A stretch of DNA of 64,000 bases from Verrucomicrobiaceae bacterium (GTDB lineage Bacteria; Verrucomicrobiota; Verrucomicrobiia; Verrucomicrobiales; Akkermansiaceae), in the NCBI GenBank assembly GCA_051252135.1, contig JBPOGH010000002.1, positions 288,001 through 352,000 of the forward strand, written 5' to 3'. The notes beneath the pieces are model-generated. The model saw only the letters and a list, made by a program, of their open reading frames with translations. It ran no database searches and was not told the DNA's origin. A program made the position numbers and the translations under genes. Position 1 is the first letter of the stretch, and the number at the start of each line of letters is the position of its first letter. Positions 11,901 through 19,125 of this stretch are shown here, piece after piece.

Positions 11901-13887
11901 GGATGAGGCCGGTTTTATAGGCGATGGCCTTGATGGGGGTGGTGGAGGAAATGGTGATGGGTCCGGTGTAGAGGGTGCCGTTTCCGGGGGTGGGATCGGA
12001 GCCGTCGGTGGTGTATCGGATTTGTGCGCCCTCGGTGGCTGTGGCGATGGTGACGGAGATGGGGGCGTCGTAGAAGCCGCGGTCGGGATCGAAGGTGGTG
12101 TCGCGGACGAAGTCGCTTTGGCCGGTGGGGTTGGTTCCGTTGGGGGTGGGGTTGTTGAAGTATCCGAAGGTGGTGCCATCGGGGTTGAGGCCGTAGGAGA
12201 TGCCGGGGAATTGTTCGGGGTAGGGATCGAACTCGGACAGGATGATGATGCCGCCATTTCCCTGCTTGGTGAGGGCGAGGTATTCGCCGGAGGCGCGGAG
12301 GCTGAAGTTGGTGTGGAGCTCGGAGCCGGTGCGGTCTTTTCCGGAGGCGAAGACGACGAAGTGATCGAGCTGGTCCAGGGTCCTGTCGGGGATGCGCCAC
12401 TTGGTGAGATCGTTGGGATCATCGGTGAGGTAGTAGTCGGTGAGGAGGGCGGTGGAGGCGCTGGGGTTGTAGATTTCGATCCAGTCGGAGTCGTCGCCGT
12501 CCTCGTCGGTGAGGGAGCCGGCATTGTCGGCGGAGAACTCCGAGATGACGGGCTCGCCGGGGATGATGACGGTGATCTGGAGATTCTTGGCGGAAGTGCC
12601 GTTGGGGTTGGTGGCGGTGAGAGTGAAGGTTTCGGTGCTGGTGGCGGTGTAGGAAAAGGTGGTGGTGCCGGTGACGTCGGTTCCGTTGAGGTCGAGCGAG
12701 GTGGCATTGAGGACGTTCCAGGAGAGGGTGACGGGGGAGTCGGGGGGGACGATGCCATCAGTGGCGGTGAAGAACTCGATGATGGGATTCGGGGTGACCT
12801 CGACGCTGACGGTTCGGGCGTTGGTGCCATCGGGATTGGTGGCGCTGAGGGTGTAGGTGGTGTTGGCGGTGGGTCCGGGGTCGAGGGTGATGGAGCCGGT
12901 GCCGTTGGTGGTGAGGGGGAGGACGTCGCCGATGCCGTTGTCGATACTGATGGCGGTGGCTGATGTTCCCACTTCCCAGGAGAGAGTGATGGGATCGCCG
13001 GTGGGGATGAAGGGGTGGTCGACGGTGAAGGAGGAAACGCCGGGTCCGGTGCTGCCGGCGACGCCGGAGCCATCGGTGGCGAGTTGGACGAAGAGGCGTC
13101 CGTCGGCGGGATCGGCTGCGAGGTAGTCCCAGGTGGTGTCTCCGACGGTGGCGGAAGTGCCGGGGCCGCAGTCGTGCGCGACGATGAGCTCGTTGACCTG
13201 GCCGAGGGTGTATTGGAACTCGGGGTTTTGAGCGAGTGAGTGGATGGCGGCGACGTGGTGGTCATTGAGGGCAGAGGAAAAGATGCCGAGGTCATCGATG
13301 CGGCCGTTCCAGGTGCGGTCGAGGCGGTCGGCGTTGGTGCCGATGGTCAGGGGTTGGCCATTGGAGTCGAGGCCGGGTCCGCTGCCGGTGGCGATGAGGG
13401 CGCCATCGAGGTAGAGGCGGGTGGCGACTCCGGCCTCCGAGACGGCGACGATGTGGTGCCATTGGCCGTCGTTGATGTTTCCACCGGAGATATCGCCCGA
13501 GCCGCCGGCGTAGCTGATTTCATCGGTGGTGCCTCGGCGGGCGACGCGCCAATTGGAGCCTTCTCCTTTGCCGACGAGGCATTGCCAGCCTTTGTTGAAG
13601 GAATCGACGGTGCACCAGGTGGAGATGGAGATGTTGGCTCCGCCTTGGGTGACATCGGTGCTGTTTGGGATGGAGACGTAGTTGGAGCCGTTGAGTTCGA
13701 GGCCGTTGCCGAAGACGCCGGTGTTGAAATCGGCGGTGCCGACCCAGGTTCCGTTGTCGGTGGTGGTTCCGGCGGTGGAGAGGTCGTTGAGTTGGTCATC
13801 GAAGCTCCAGTAGCTGACGAGGGTGTCAGAGGAGGCAGCCCGGAGGGGGCTGAGGGCGATGAGGAGAAGGAAAAAAGCGGCGCGCAT
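8902..13887 (-). CDS. Large secreted LamG + lamin-tail + chitobiase-C/Fn3-associated + CotH kinase protein
   Basis: Signal peptide; LamG (WHHIV, GRIDDL); LTD (VISEF..DWIEIYN); YTTDGSDP; CotH motifs LYLNGEYWGIY, GNLDWDDHNW, WDAE. Confidence 0.9.
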   Translation of the reverse strand: MRAAFFLLLIALSPLRAASSDTLVSYWSFDDQLNDLSTAGTTTDNGTWVGTADFNTGVFGNGLELNGSNYVSIPNSTDVTQGGANISISTWCTVDSFNKGWQCLVGKGEGSNWRVARRGTTDEISYAGGSGDISGGNINDGQWHHIVAVSEAGVATRLYLDGALIATGSGPGLDSNGQPLTIGTNADRLDRTWNGRIDDLGIFSSALNDHHVAAIHSLAQNPEFQYTLGQVNELIVAHDCGPGTSATVGDTTWDYLAADPADGRLFVQLATDGSGVAGSTGPGVSSFTVDHPFIPTGDPITLSWEVGTSATAISIDNGIGDVLPLTTNGTGSITLDPGPTANTTYTLSATNPDGTNARTVSVEVTPNPIIEFFTATDGIVPPDSPVTLSWNVLNATSLDLNGTDVTGTTTFSYTATSTETFTLTATNPNGTSAKNLQITVIIPGEPVISEFSADNAGSLTDEDGDDSDWIEIYNPSASTALLTDYYLTDDPNDLTKWRIPDRTLDQLDHFVVFASGKDRTGSELHTNFSLRASGEYLALTKQGNGGIIILSEFDPYPEQFPGISYGLNPDGTTFGYFNNPTPNGTNPTGQSDFVRDTTFDPDRGFYDAPISVTIATATEGAQIRYTTDGSDPTPGNGTLYTGPITISSTTPIKAIAYKTGLIPTNIDAHTYFFVDDIINQPEMDSDVVDDPAYSSTIRDDLKSIPTISLSMPNNSLFGGSGIYDNSNQSGIAWERQGSVEFVYPDGRNDKQLMCGVRMQGGVGRNANFPKHSFRLLFKRDYGDTKLRFPLFRDATEDANGAVETFDSIILRSGFNNTWHRGVTSEEERAQYLRDQFIHNSQLAMGHASPHGTFFHLYLNGEYWGIYNAVERPNADFGSSYYGGKKEDWDALNSYPRNVVDGTAADWIQAHNIANAGVGDQAGYDALSEFVDIPNLIDYMMLNFWGGNLDWDDHNWYSINPRVDGGGYKFVCWDAERSLENLGGDNKTGVGQADKPSRLYSQLRANAEFRLQFADRAHQHMFNGGALTSQQTVPRYQALATFIDRAIVGESARWGDSKRANPYTRNAEWATERDRLLNSYLPQRTNVALSQLRGANLYPGTDAPVFSQHGGHISSATELTMSNTSGAIYYTTNGSDPRLPGGTINPDATIYDGSVNTTTLVADGSEWKYLDDGSDQGTAWKESAFNDSSWPSGNAQLGYDNNPTTEISFGGVENQKHLTYYFRRTFEVSDPSDFTALSLELQRDDGAIVYLNGAEVFRSNMDDGPINFDSTARDVVGGADETTFYNKAVDVSHLVNGTNVLAVEVHQISRTSSDVSFDLRLRGTEPNDVSALFLANSGDLKARALDGTEWSALNTAFFFVDTALADETNLVISEIDYRPASLSLEEEAAGFTDRSEFEFIEIANISAQNVDLTNVRFTQGVTFNFSNSLTGLILSPGARLIIVNKLEAFTARYPSVPASLIAGEFEGNLNNDGEYLELVARDDSIIQSLTFNDQLPWPLSADGGGSSLVLVNPGANPAHNSGTNWRPSVGTPTPGGSDASLFAGTPNADLDFDGTPALLEYAFGSSDQSARDTILPFSSKTRTGNPPRDFFTISYRRNLAADDIKYTIQISDNLLDWTSDIDDVTFLNSVNNGDGTSTETYRITDAIDQHPAQLLRIHVSQR

Positions 13888-13988
13888 GAAGCGGTGAGAC
13901 TACAAAATTGGAGCAAAGAGAGAAGTTTGTAGTTTTGGGGTGCCGGAGAAGGGGAATGTTCCCGTCCCTGCCGGGGGACAGGAAAAAT

Positions 13989-14017
13989 TTGGCAGAGATC
14001 GGGGTTTGAGGTATTGT
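13989..14017 (+). promoter_or_regulatory. Putative sigma70 promoter for the TA operon (probably leaderless)
   Basis: TTGGCA (13989-94) - 17 nt - TATTGT (14012-17), 5 nt before ATG 14023. Confidence 0.5.
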
Positions 14018-14022
14018 AAAAA

Positions 14023-14232
14023 ATGAACGCGGCGGAGATTCAAGAGGAAGCAATGACCCTTCCGGAAGATGAGCGGGCAAGACTTGCTGCAGATTTACTG
14101 GAGTCGTTGCCCGTGGTGCTCTCTGATCCTGATGACGGGTCGGCAGAAGGACGTCGTCGCATTGATGAGATGAAGGGTGATCCTTCTGTGGGTCGCTCGT
14201 GGGAGGAGATTAGAACCGGTCTTGGCAGATAG
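14023..14232 (+). CDS. Addiction-module antitoxin component (TIGR02574-like)
   Basis: 69 aa; AMTLPEDERARLAADLLESL...EGRRR...SWEEIR pattern; directly upstream of a ParE-like gene. Confidence 0.85.
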   Translation: MNAAEIQEEAMTLPEDERARLAADLLESLPVVLSDPDDGSAEGRRRIDEMKGDPSVGRSWEEIRTGLGR

Positions 14233-14532
14233 GTGCCCGAGTTCATTTTCCATCGGCTGGTCCAACGGGATTTGCGATCCGCTCTTGATTATTATGACGG
14301 AGAGGGAGGCTCGAAACTCGGGGACAGATTTTTCATTGAGGTTGAGGCGGCGGTAGCATCGATCATGCAGAATCCACAGGGGCATCATTTTTCTGACGGC
14401 GAACTGCGCAGGGTTTCCTTGAAGTCATTCCCGTATCATTTTCTCTACGAAGTGGATGATCATGCTGTTTGAGTCGCGGTGTTGCGGCATGATAGACGAC
14501 ATCCCAATTTTGGGCTGCGAAGAAAGAAATAA
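14233..14532 (+). pseudogene. RelE/ParE family toxin with internal stop (TGA at 14470-14472)
   Basis: FHRLVQRDL..ALDYY..GG.KLGDRF, RRVSLKSFPYHFLY; reading through the TGA gives AV*VAVLRHDRRHPNFGLRRKK, the expected ParE C-terminus. Confidence 0.8.
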
Positions 14533-14567
14533 GAGGGCGCTTCCTGCTGACTTTGGGGGGATGGACC

Positions 14568-14597
14568 TTGACGGGGGATTCTCCAAATCGATATAAT
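14568..14597 (+). promoter_or_regulatory. Near-consensus sigma70 promoter (Pc-like) upstream of the cassette
   Basis: TTGACG (14568-73) - 18 nt - TATAAT (14592-97). Confidence 0.6.
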
Positions 14598-14615
14598 TTC
14601 GTAATCCTGTGAAGT

Positions 14616-14677
14616 GGGAAATAGGGGGATGCACGCAGACCCCGGTTCCCGGGGCAGGTGATCCCTACTGTTCGCTT
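14616..14677 (+). mobile_element. Degenerate attC-like recombination site
   Basis: gggatGcac pairs with gtgatccc leaving one extrahelical base; inner stem ccccgg/ccgggg; core GTTCGCTT at 14670. The left core is degenerate (gggaaa in place of gcgaac). Confidence 0.6.
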
Positions 14678-14682
14678 CAAAA

Positions 14683-15258
14683 ATGAACCAAGAAGAACTC
14701 ACCGAAACGTTCAGGAAGCTGGGCGCAAACGATCCCGAATCGTGGGCAAGTTCCCAGGTGAGCGAGGGCATTCCCCAACTGGGGCGATTCTTAGTGATTC
14801 GTGCGATGTGGGACTGCGTCACTCGCGCAGGAACGACGAACTGGATCGACTACGAATTGAAGCATTCGGCTGATTCACCCCATGGCAAGGCTCTCCAACA
14901 GATGCTCGATGCGGGGGTGAGCCGCGAAGCGATAACCGAACTCGTAAGATTCAAGGAGGCGGAAGCACTTCGGGAGGTTTGCTATCTACTCGAGGATTAC
15001 ACCTCTGTTCCGCAGAACTCCAATCCTGACACAGGAGAGGAGTATGTCAGATGGGGACTGCACGAACTCGACGCTGAGGATCAGCCAACAGCGACCCCGA
15101 TCAATGGGCTGCACGAATCCTTTTGGAGGCTCGATCCCGCGTTACCCGAGAACCAACAAAGCGAACAAGTCGGCGCTGACCAACCCGCTACCGCTCAGGA
15201 CTCGAAATCTGAGGGCAACGAAAAACCCAATCCTGAATCGGAGGCGCGCTCCCAGTAG
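14683..15258 (+). CDS. Hypothetical protein (integron cassette ORF)
   Basis: 191-aa ORF starting 13 nt after GTT, lacking the local G-rich bias; last ~32 codons lie inside the attC-like site. Confidence 0.8.
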   Translation: MNQEELTETFRKLGANDPESWASSQVSEGIPQLGRFLVIRAMWDCVTRAGTTNWIDYELKHSADSPHGKALQQMLDAGVSREAITELVRFKEAEALREVCYLLEDYTSVPQNSNPDTGEEYVRWGLHELDAEDQPTATPINGLHESFWRLDPALPENQQSEQVGADQPATAQDSKSEGNEKPNPESEARSQ

Positions 15259-15284
15259 CGGGCGGCAGGCCTCTGACGTTATAT
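15159..15284 (+). mobile_element. attC-like site (long type)
   Basis: R'' aagcgAAC; ggcGctg pairs with caggcc leaving an extra G; cccgctac/gtagcggg stem; R' GTTATAT at 15278, immediately before the next ATG. Confidence 0.75.
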
Positions 15285-15906
15285 GAAAAATTACATCACA
15301 CTGCTGGTTTTAGGATTGATCGCTTTTACGGGATCGGCGCGGGGGGATCGGGTGGTGGATACTTTTTCGGCGGGGTTGCCATCGAAGGAGGTGAGGGAAT
15401 CTTTTTCGGCACCGACGGCGACGCATTATGTGGCGTTTAAGAGTCATGCGGCGCTGGATCCAAAGTTGACGATGGGCGGGGCGCGGTCGGCTTCGATCAA
15501 CATCAAGAAGGGGAAGTCGATTGCGGGTGAGTTTGATGTGCGGGCGGGGATTTACCGGGTGAGGTATGCGAAGGGGTCGGGAGGTTGGGTGTTTTTGAGT
15601 TACAGCGGGCGGCGGGGGGAGGCGCGGAAGCTGGGGGCGGATTTGAGTGGGGAGGGGAGCATTGGGGTGAAGTTGAAGTCGGCTCCGGCGGAGGGGAAGT
15701 TGACGGTGACCTTGCACTCGGCGGGGAAGTTTCAGCAGGAGTCGGTGGCGGTGACGGGGGCGAAGGAGTATCGGTTTGCGTTGTCGAAGTATGAGGGGGT
15801 TGATCTTTCGAAGATTGATTCGATCAGTGTGGAGCTGCATGTGGTGGAGGCGAAGGAGGCGCTGAAGTTTGAGTTTTCATCGATCATGGTTTACTCGAAG
15901 AAATGA
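15283..15906 (+). CDS. Hypothetical exported protein
   Basis: Signal peptide MKNYITLLVLGLIAFTGSARG; beta-rich; starts inside the attC R' site. Confidence 0.75.
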   Translation: MKNYITLLVLGLIAFTGSARGDRVVDTFSAGLPSKEVRESFSAPTATHYVAFKSHAALDPKLTMGGARSASINIKKGKSIAGEFDVRAGIYRVRYAKGSGGWVFLSYSGRRGEARKLGADLSGEGSIGVKLKSAPAEGKLTVTLHSAGKFQQESVAVTGAKEYRFALSKYEGVDLSKIDSISVELHVVEAKEALKFEFSSIMVYSKK

Positions 15907-16421
15907 GGGGGTTGTTTCCAGTGCTGGTGGCGGTTTTGATGGGGTCGTGCGCGAGGGGGCCGGATGGTGGGGATGCGGAGTTGGTGATGTGGCCGGGGAT
16001 GGAGATTGAGGCGACGACATCGCAGGGGACGATGCGGGTGTTGTCTGTGGATCGGATGAGGCGGCGCTATGTTTGGGAGGGGTATGATAAGACCTTTCGG
16101 CATCAGGAGCGGCGGACGCGGTGGGACGGGAGTTTGGGGATGTATCGGCCGCAGGGGGATGGGTCGATGCATGCGGTGTTGGAGGAAGGGCAGCAGCATT
16201 TTGGGTCGATGGAAGAGGCGCGGGGGTGGCTGGCGAAGAAGGGGCGATTTATGGATTACGTGTGGACGGAGGATGGGTTGGTGGTGGGATGGAAGGAGCA
16301 GGGTCGGCCGGGGGATGGGTTTGTGGCGCTGCATGTGGAGGTGTGGCAGATTTTGGTGAAGGGGGAGAAGCCGGAGATGCGGGGAGCGGCGCCCGGGCGG
16401 ATTCGGGTGGTTGGTGGGTGA
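15903..16421 (+). CDS. Hypothetical lipoprotein
   Basis: Lipobox-like LMGSC; ATGA overlap with the upstream gene. Confidence 0.7.
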   Translation: MRGLFPVLVAVLMGSCARGPDGGDAELVMWPGMEIEATTSQGTMRVLSVDRMRRRYVWEGYDKTFRHQERRTRWDGSLGMYRPQGDGSMHAVLEEGQQHFGSMEEARGWLAKKGRFMDYVWTEDGLVVGWKEQGRPGDGFVALHVEVWQILVKGEKPEMRGAAPGRIRVVGG

Positions 16422-16486
16422 TGGGGAGGATCGGGAGGGGTCATTCGGCACTCGCAGAGTCTTCAAAGGTGGTTTAGAATGGAGGC

Positions 16487-16693
16487 ATGACACAGATTTC
16501 AGAATTACGCCGAGCGGCAACCGAACTCTCGACGTCTGAGCGTGCGGAGTTGGCTGAGTTCCTCCTAGGGACGCTCGATGAGGCTCACTGCGTTGTTGAT
16601 GATGCGGAGGTTGTGCGTCGTTCGGAGGAGCTGGATTCGGGAGTTGTTCGAGGGTTGCCCCGTGAAGAGTTTACGCGTGGGTGCGGGCACTAA
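16487..16693 (+). CDS. Addiction-module antitoxin component (TIGR02574-like), orphan
   Basis: 68 aa; ATELSTSERAELAEFLLGTL...EVVRRSEELDSG pattern, paralogous in character to 14023..14232. Confidence 0.75.
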   Translation: MTQISELRRAATELSTSERAELAEFLLGTLDEAHCVVDDAEVVRRSEELDSGVVRGLPREEFTRGCGH

Positions 16694-16797
16694 ATTCTTG
16701 TGATGGAAGGGGTTTTTCATCCGCGAGGTGTTGGTTGGAGGGTGTTTTTTTTCTCTTAATGGCTCGGAGGCTGGTGGGGATTGGGTAAGCTCGGGAT

Positions 16798-17502
16798 GTG
16801 AAACATTTTTCCCGATGGTTATGGGTTGTGGCGGGTTTGGCGGTGGTGGTGGGAGTTTGGTTGATGAAGGACGGGGTGGTGGGGAGTGAGGATGAAACGG
16901 GGGGTGCGATTGATTCGTTGGTGCCCGGGGATGGGGAGGAATTTCCGCGAGGGCAGAGGGTGCGGGAGCGGAGGGAGAGGGGAGATGAGGGGGTGTCGCG
17001 GGTTTGGGAGGAGGGGACGTATGAGCACAATTTGATTGGTGGGGTGATGGAGCCTTTTGATCAGGATGAGTTGGTGAGGCTGGCGGTGGAGCCGGGGAAA
17101 GATGTCTATCGGCTGACGGATTTGATTCACCGGGCGGCGGCGGAGAAGGATTTGCGGTTTCGGTATTTGGTGGAGCAGGAGAACCTGCGGGTGATCCCGG
17201 CGGTTGATCTGGCGGTGTCGGCTTACGATTATGCGGTGAACGGGAGTGAGGAGGCGTTGGATCACATTTTGGAGATTCACGGGAAGGAGGATCCGGGGAG
17301 TGATTCGGACTCGGTGGTGACGCTGAGCTACCTGGACGAGTGGGACCGGACGATGAAGGCTTACGAGACGCACTTTGCGCAGGGGACGGATGGGGCGGGA
17401 GGGGATGCGAAGTATGCGTTTAAGCTGAGACGGGAGTATTTGTTTCCGCATCATTTTCGGAAGTACGAGAAGCGGAAGGGGGGAGATGGTCGTGGTGATT
17501 AG
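16798..17502 (+). CDS. Hypothetical membrane-anchored protein
   Basis: 234-aa ORF with N-terminal TM (WLWVVAGLAVVVGVWL) and typical codon bias. Confidence 0.7.
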   Translation: MKHFSRWLWVVAGLAVVVGVWLMKDGVVGSEDETGGAIDSLVPGDGEEFPRGQRVRERRERGDEGVSRVWEEGTYEHNLIGGVMEPFDQDELVRLAVEPGKDVYRLTDLIHRAAAEKDLRFRYLVEQENLRVIPAVDLAVSAYDYAVNGSEEALDHILEIHGKEDPGSDSDSVVTLSYLDEWDRTMKAYETHFAQGTDGAGGDAKYAFKLRREYLFPHHFRKYEKRKGGDGRGD

Positions 17503-17554
17503 GTGGGGTTTGTGATAGGGGTGGGGTTCTTCCCATTGAAGGGAACTTGTGATT

Positions 17555-18097
17555 ATGAAGTGCTTGAGATCGATTGGTTTGTTTTTGTCGTTGGGGTTTG
17601 GGCTGCCTTGTTTTGGGGAGGAGGCTGGTGCGAAGCCGGTGGAGCTGGAGGTGGTGAAGGGGGCGATCGGGGTGTGGGACGGGGAGGTTGAGGTTTGGGC
17701 GGCGGGTCCGGACTCGGAGCCGATGACGATGACGACGGTGGAGACGAACCGGGCATTCGGGGAGTATTGGATTTCGTCTGATTTGGACACCAAGGTGAAC
17801 GGGCAGACGATGACGGTTCATGCGATTGTGGGTTACGATTTGGAGAAGGGTAAGTTGGTGGGGACGGTGGTGGATCATGGTCCGTATGCGGCGAGCATGA
17901 CGGGTGAGTATGATGCGGCAACGAAGACGGTTCACTGGACGACCAGGGCGAAGACTCCGGATGGAAGGGAGATGGTGCAGAAGACGACGGTGACGCAGAA
18001 GAGTGCGGACGAGCGGGTGCTGGTGTTATCGATGAAGGCCGGGGCGGGGGAGGGGTTTGTGAAGTTTATGCGGATTCGTTATTTGAAGCGGAAATGA
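17555..18097 (+). CDS. DUF1579-like exported protein
   Basis: Signal peptide; G.WDGEV, GYD..KGK.VGT.VD, GEYD..TKT and FVKFMRIRY pattern. Confidence 0.65.
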   Translation: MKCLRSIGLFLSLGFGLPCFGEEAGAKPVELEVVKGAIGVWDGEVEVWAAGPDSEPMTMTTVETNRAFGEYWISSDLDTKVNGQTMTVHAIVGYDLEKGKLVGTVVDHGPYAASMTGEYDAATKTVHWTTRAKTPDGREMVQKTTVTQKSADERVLVLSMKAGAGEGFVKFMRIRYLKRK

Positions 18098-18537
18098 AAC
18101 TGGTTGCGATCAGTGAGGAAGGGACGCCGGCGGAGGCGATTGGGGAATTGCCGGAGATTGCGAAGCAGGTGATGGCGTCGTGTGCGGCGATGGCAGGGGA
18201 GAAGGAATATGTTCTGCCCTGGGTGGGTTATTTGGCGGTGGAGGGTGGGGTTTGTGTGGGGACGTGTGCCTTTAAATCGGCTCCGGTGGATGGGCGGGTG
18301 GAGATTGCTTACTTTACCTTTCCGGGGGTGGAGGGGCGTGGGGTGGCGACGCGGATGGGACGGGGGTTGTTGAGGGTGGCGGGGGAGGAGGTTCGGATTT
18401 TTGCGCAAACGCTGCCGGAGGAGGGGGCATCGACGCGGGTGCTGGAGAAGCTGGGATTTAGGAAAGCGGGAGAGGTTGAGCATCCGGAGGATGGCTTGGT
18501 GTGGGAATGGGAGCGGGGGGACGATTTTGAGGGTTAG
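18094..18537 (+). CDS. GNAT family N-acetyltransferase (RimJ/RimL-like)
   Basis: VEIAYFTFP..EGRGVAT and STRVLEKLGF motifs. Confidence 0.88.
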   Translation: MKLVAISEEGTPAEAIGELPEIAKQVMASCAAMAGEKEYVLPWVGYLAVEGGVCVGTCAFKSAPVDGRVEIAYFTFPGVEGRGVATRMGRGLLRVAGEEVRIFAQTLPEEGASTRVLEKLGFRKAGEVEHPEDGLVWEWERGDDFEG

Positions 18538-18564
18538 ATTTTTAGGTGAGTGGTAGTAGTTGGG
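18533..18564 (+). promoter_or_regulatory. Putative ECF-sigma promoter, copy 1 (autoregulatory)
   Basis: GTTAGA-N13-GGTAGTAGTTGGG, same spacing as copies at 20808 and 27774. Confidence 0.6.
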
Positions 18565-18570
18565 CGAAGG

Positions 18571-19125
18571 ATGTCTTTGAAACGCACAGATGAGGAACCA
18601 CCGGCGGATCGCTACGAGCTATTCGTGCGGAGATTTGCGCGTTATGAGCCTGATCTGAGGCGGTTTATCCGGTCGTTGCTGCCGACGGCGGTGGATACGG
18701 ATGAGGTGCTGCAGCAGACGGCGATTGTGATCTGGCGGAAGTTTGATCTCTATGATCCGGAGACGCCCTTTATGAAGTGGGCGTGTGTGATCGGGCGCTT
18801 TGAGGCGCTGGCGTATCGGCGGAAGATGGCGCGGGACCGGCTGGTGTTTCGCGAGGAAGTGTTCGATTTGATGGCGGACGAGGGGATTGATGATTTGGCG
18901 GGGCGGGACGATGAGCATCTGGCGCTGGAGTCGTGTATGCAGGAGATGACGGAGCGGCAGCGGAAGTTTTTGATTTTGGCGTATACGCCGGGGGTGAAGG
19001 TGAAGGAGCTGGCCGAGGAGGCGGGATCGTCTGCGGCGGCGTTTTATATGCGATTGAAGCGGCTGCGCCGGCAGTTGATGATTTGTATGGAGTCGAAGAC
19101 ACAACAGGAGAATTTAGAATCATGA
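18571..19125 (+). CDS. ECF sigma-70 factor (Rhodopirellula/Verrucomicrobium type)
   Basis: DEVLQQTAIVIWRKF, FMKWA, region-4 HTH (VKELAEEAG...FYMRLKRLRRQL); ATGA-coupled to a FecR gene. Confidence 0.93.
   Translation: MSLKRTDEEPPADRYELFVRRFARYEPDLRRFIRSLLPTAVDTDEVLQQTAIVIWRKFDLYDPETPFMKWACVIGRFEALAYRRKMARDRLVFREEVFDLMADEGIDDLAGRDDEHLALESCMQEMTERQRKFLILAYTPGVKVKELAEEAGSSAAAFYMRLKRLRRQLMICMESKTQQENLES

Noticed and set aside
11323..13295. Long alternative ORFs (546 aa on +, 503 aa on -) and many similar ones, e.g. 27957..29603, 30381..32342, 59055..60548
   Set aside because: Antisense or frame-shifted shadows of real genes in high-GC, skewed DNA; low-complexity G/V/E- or P/S/T-rich translations without motifs.
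14470..14472. TGA recoding (Trp or selenocysteine) in the parE gene
   Set aside because: TGA terminates many ordinary genes here, Trp is TGG elsewhere, and the context is not a Cys position. A nonsense mutation or read error is simpler.
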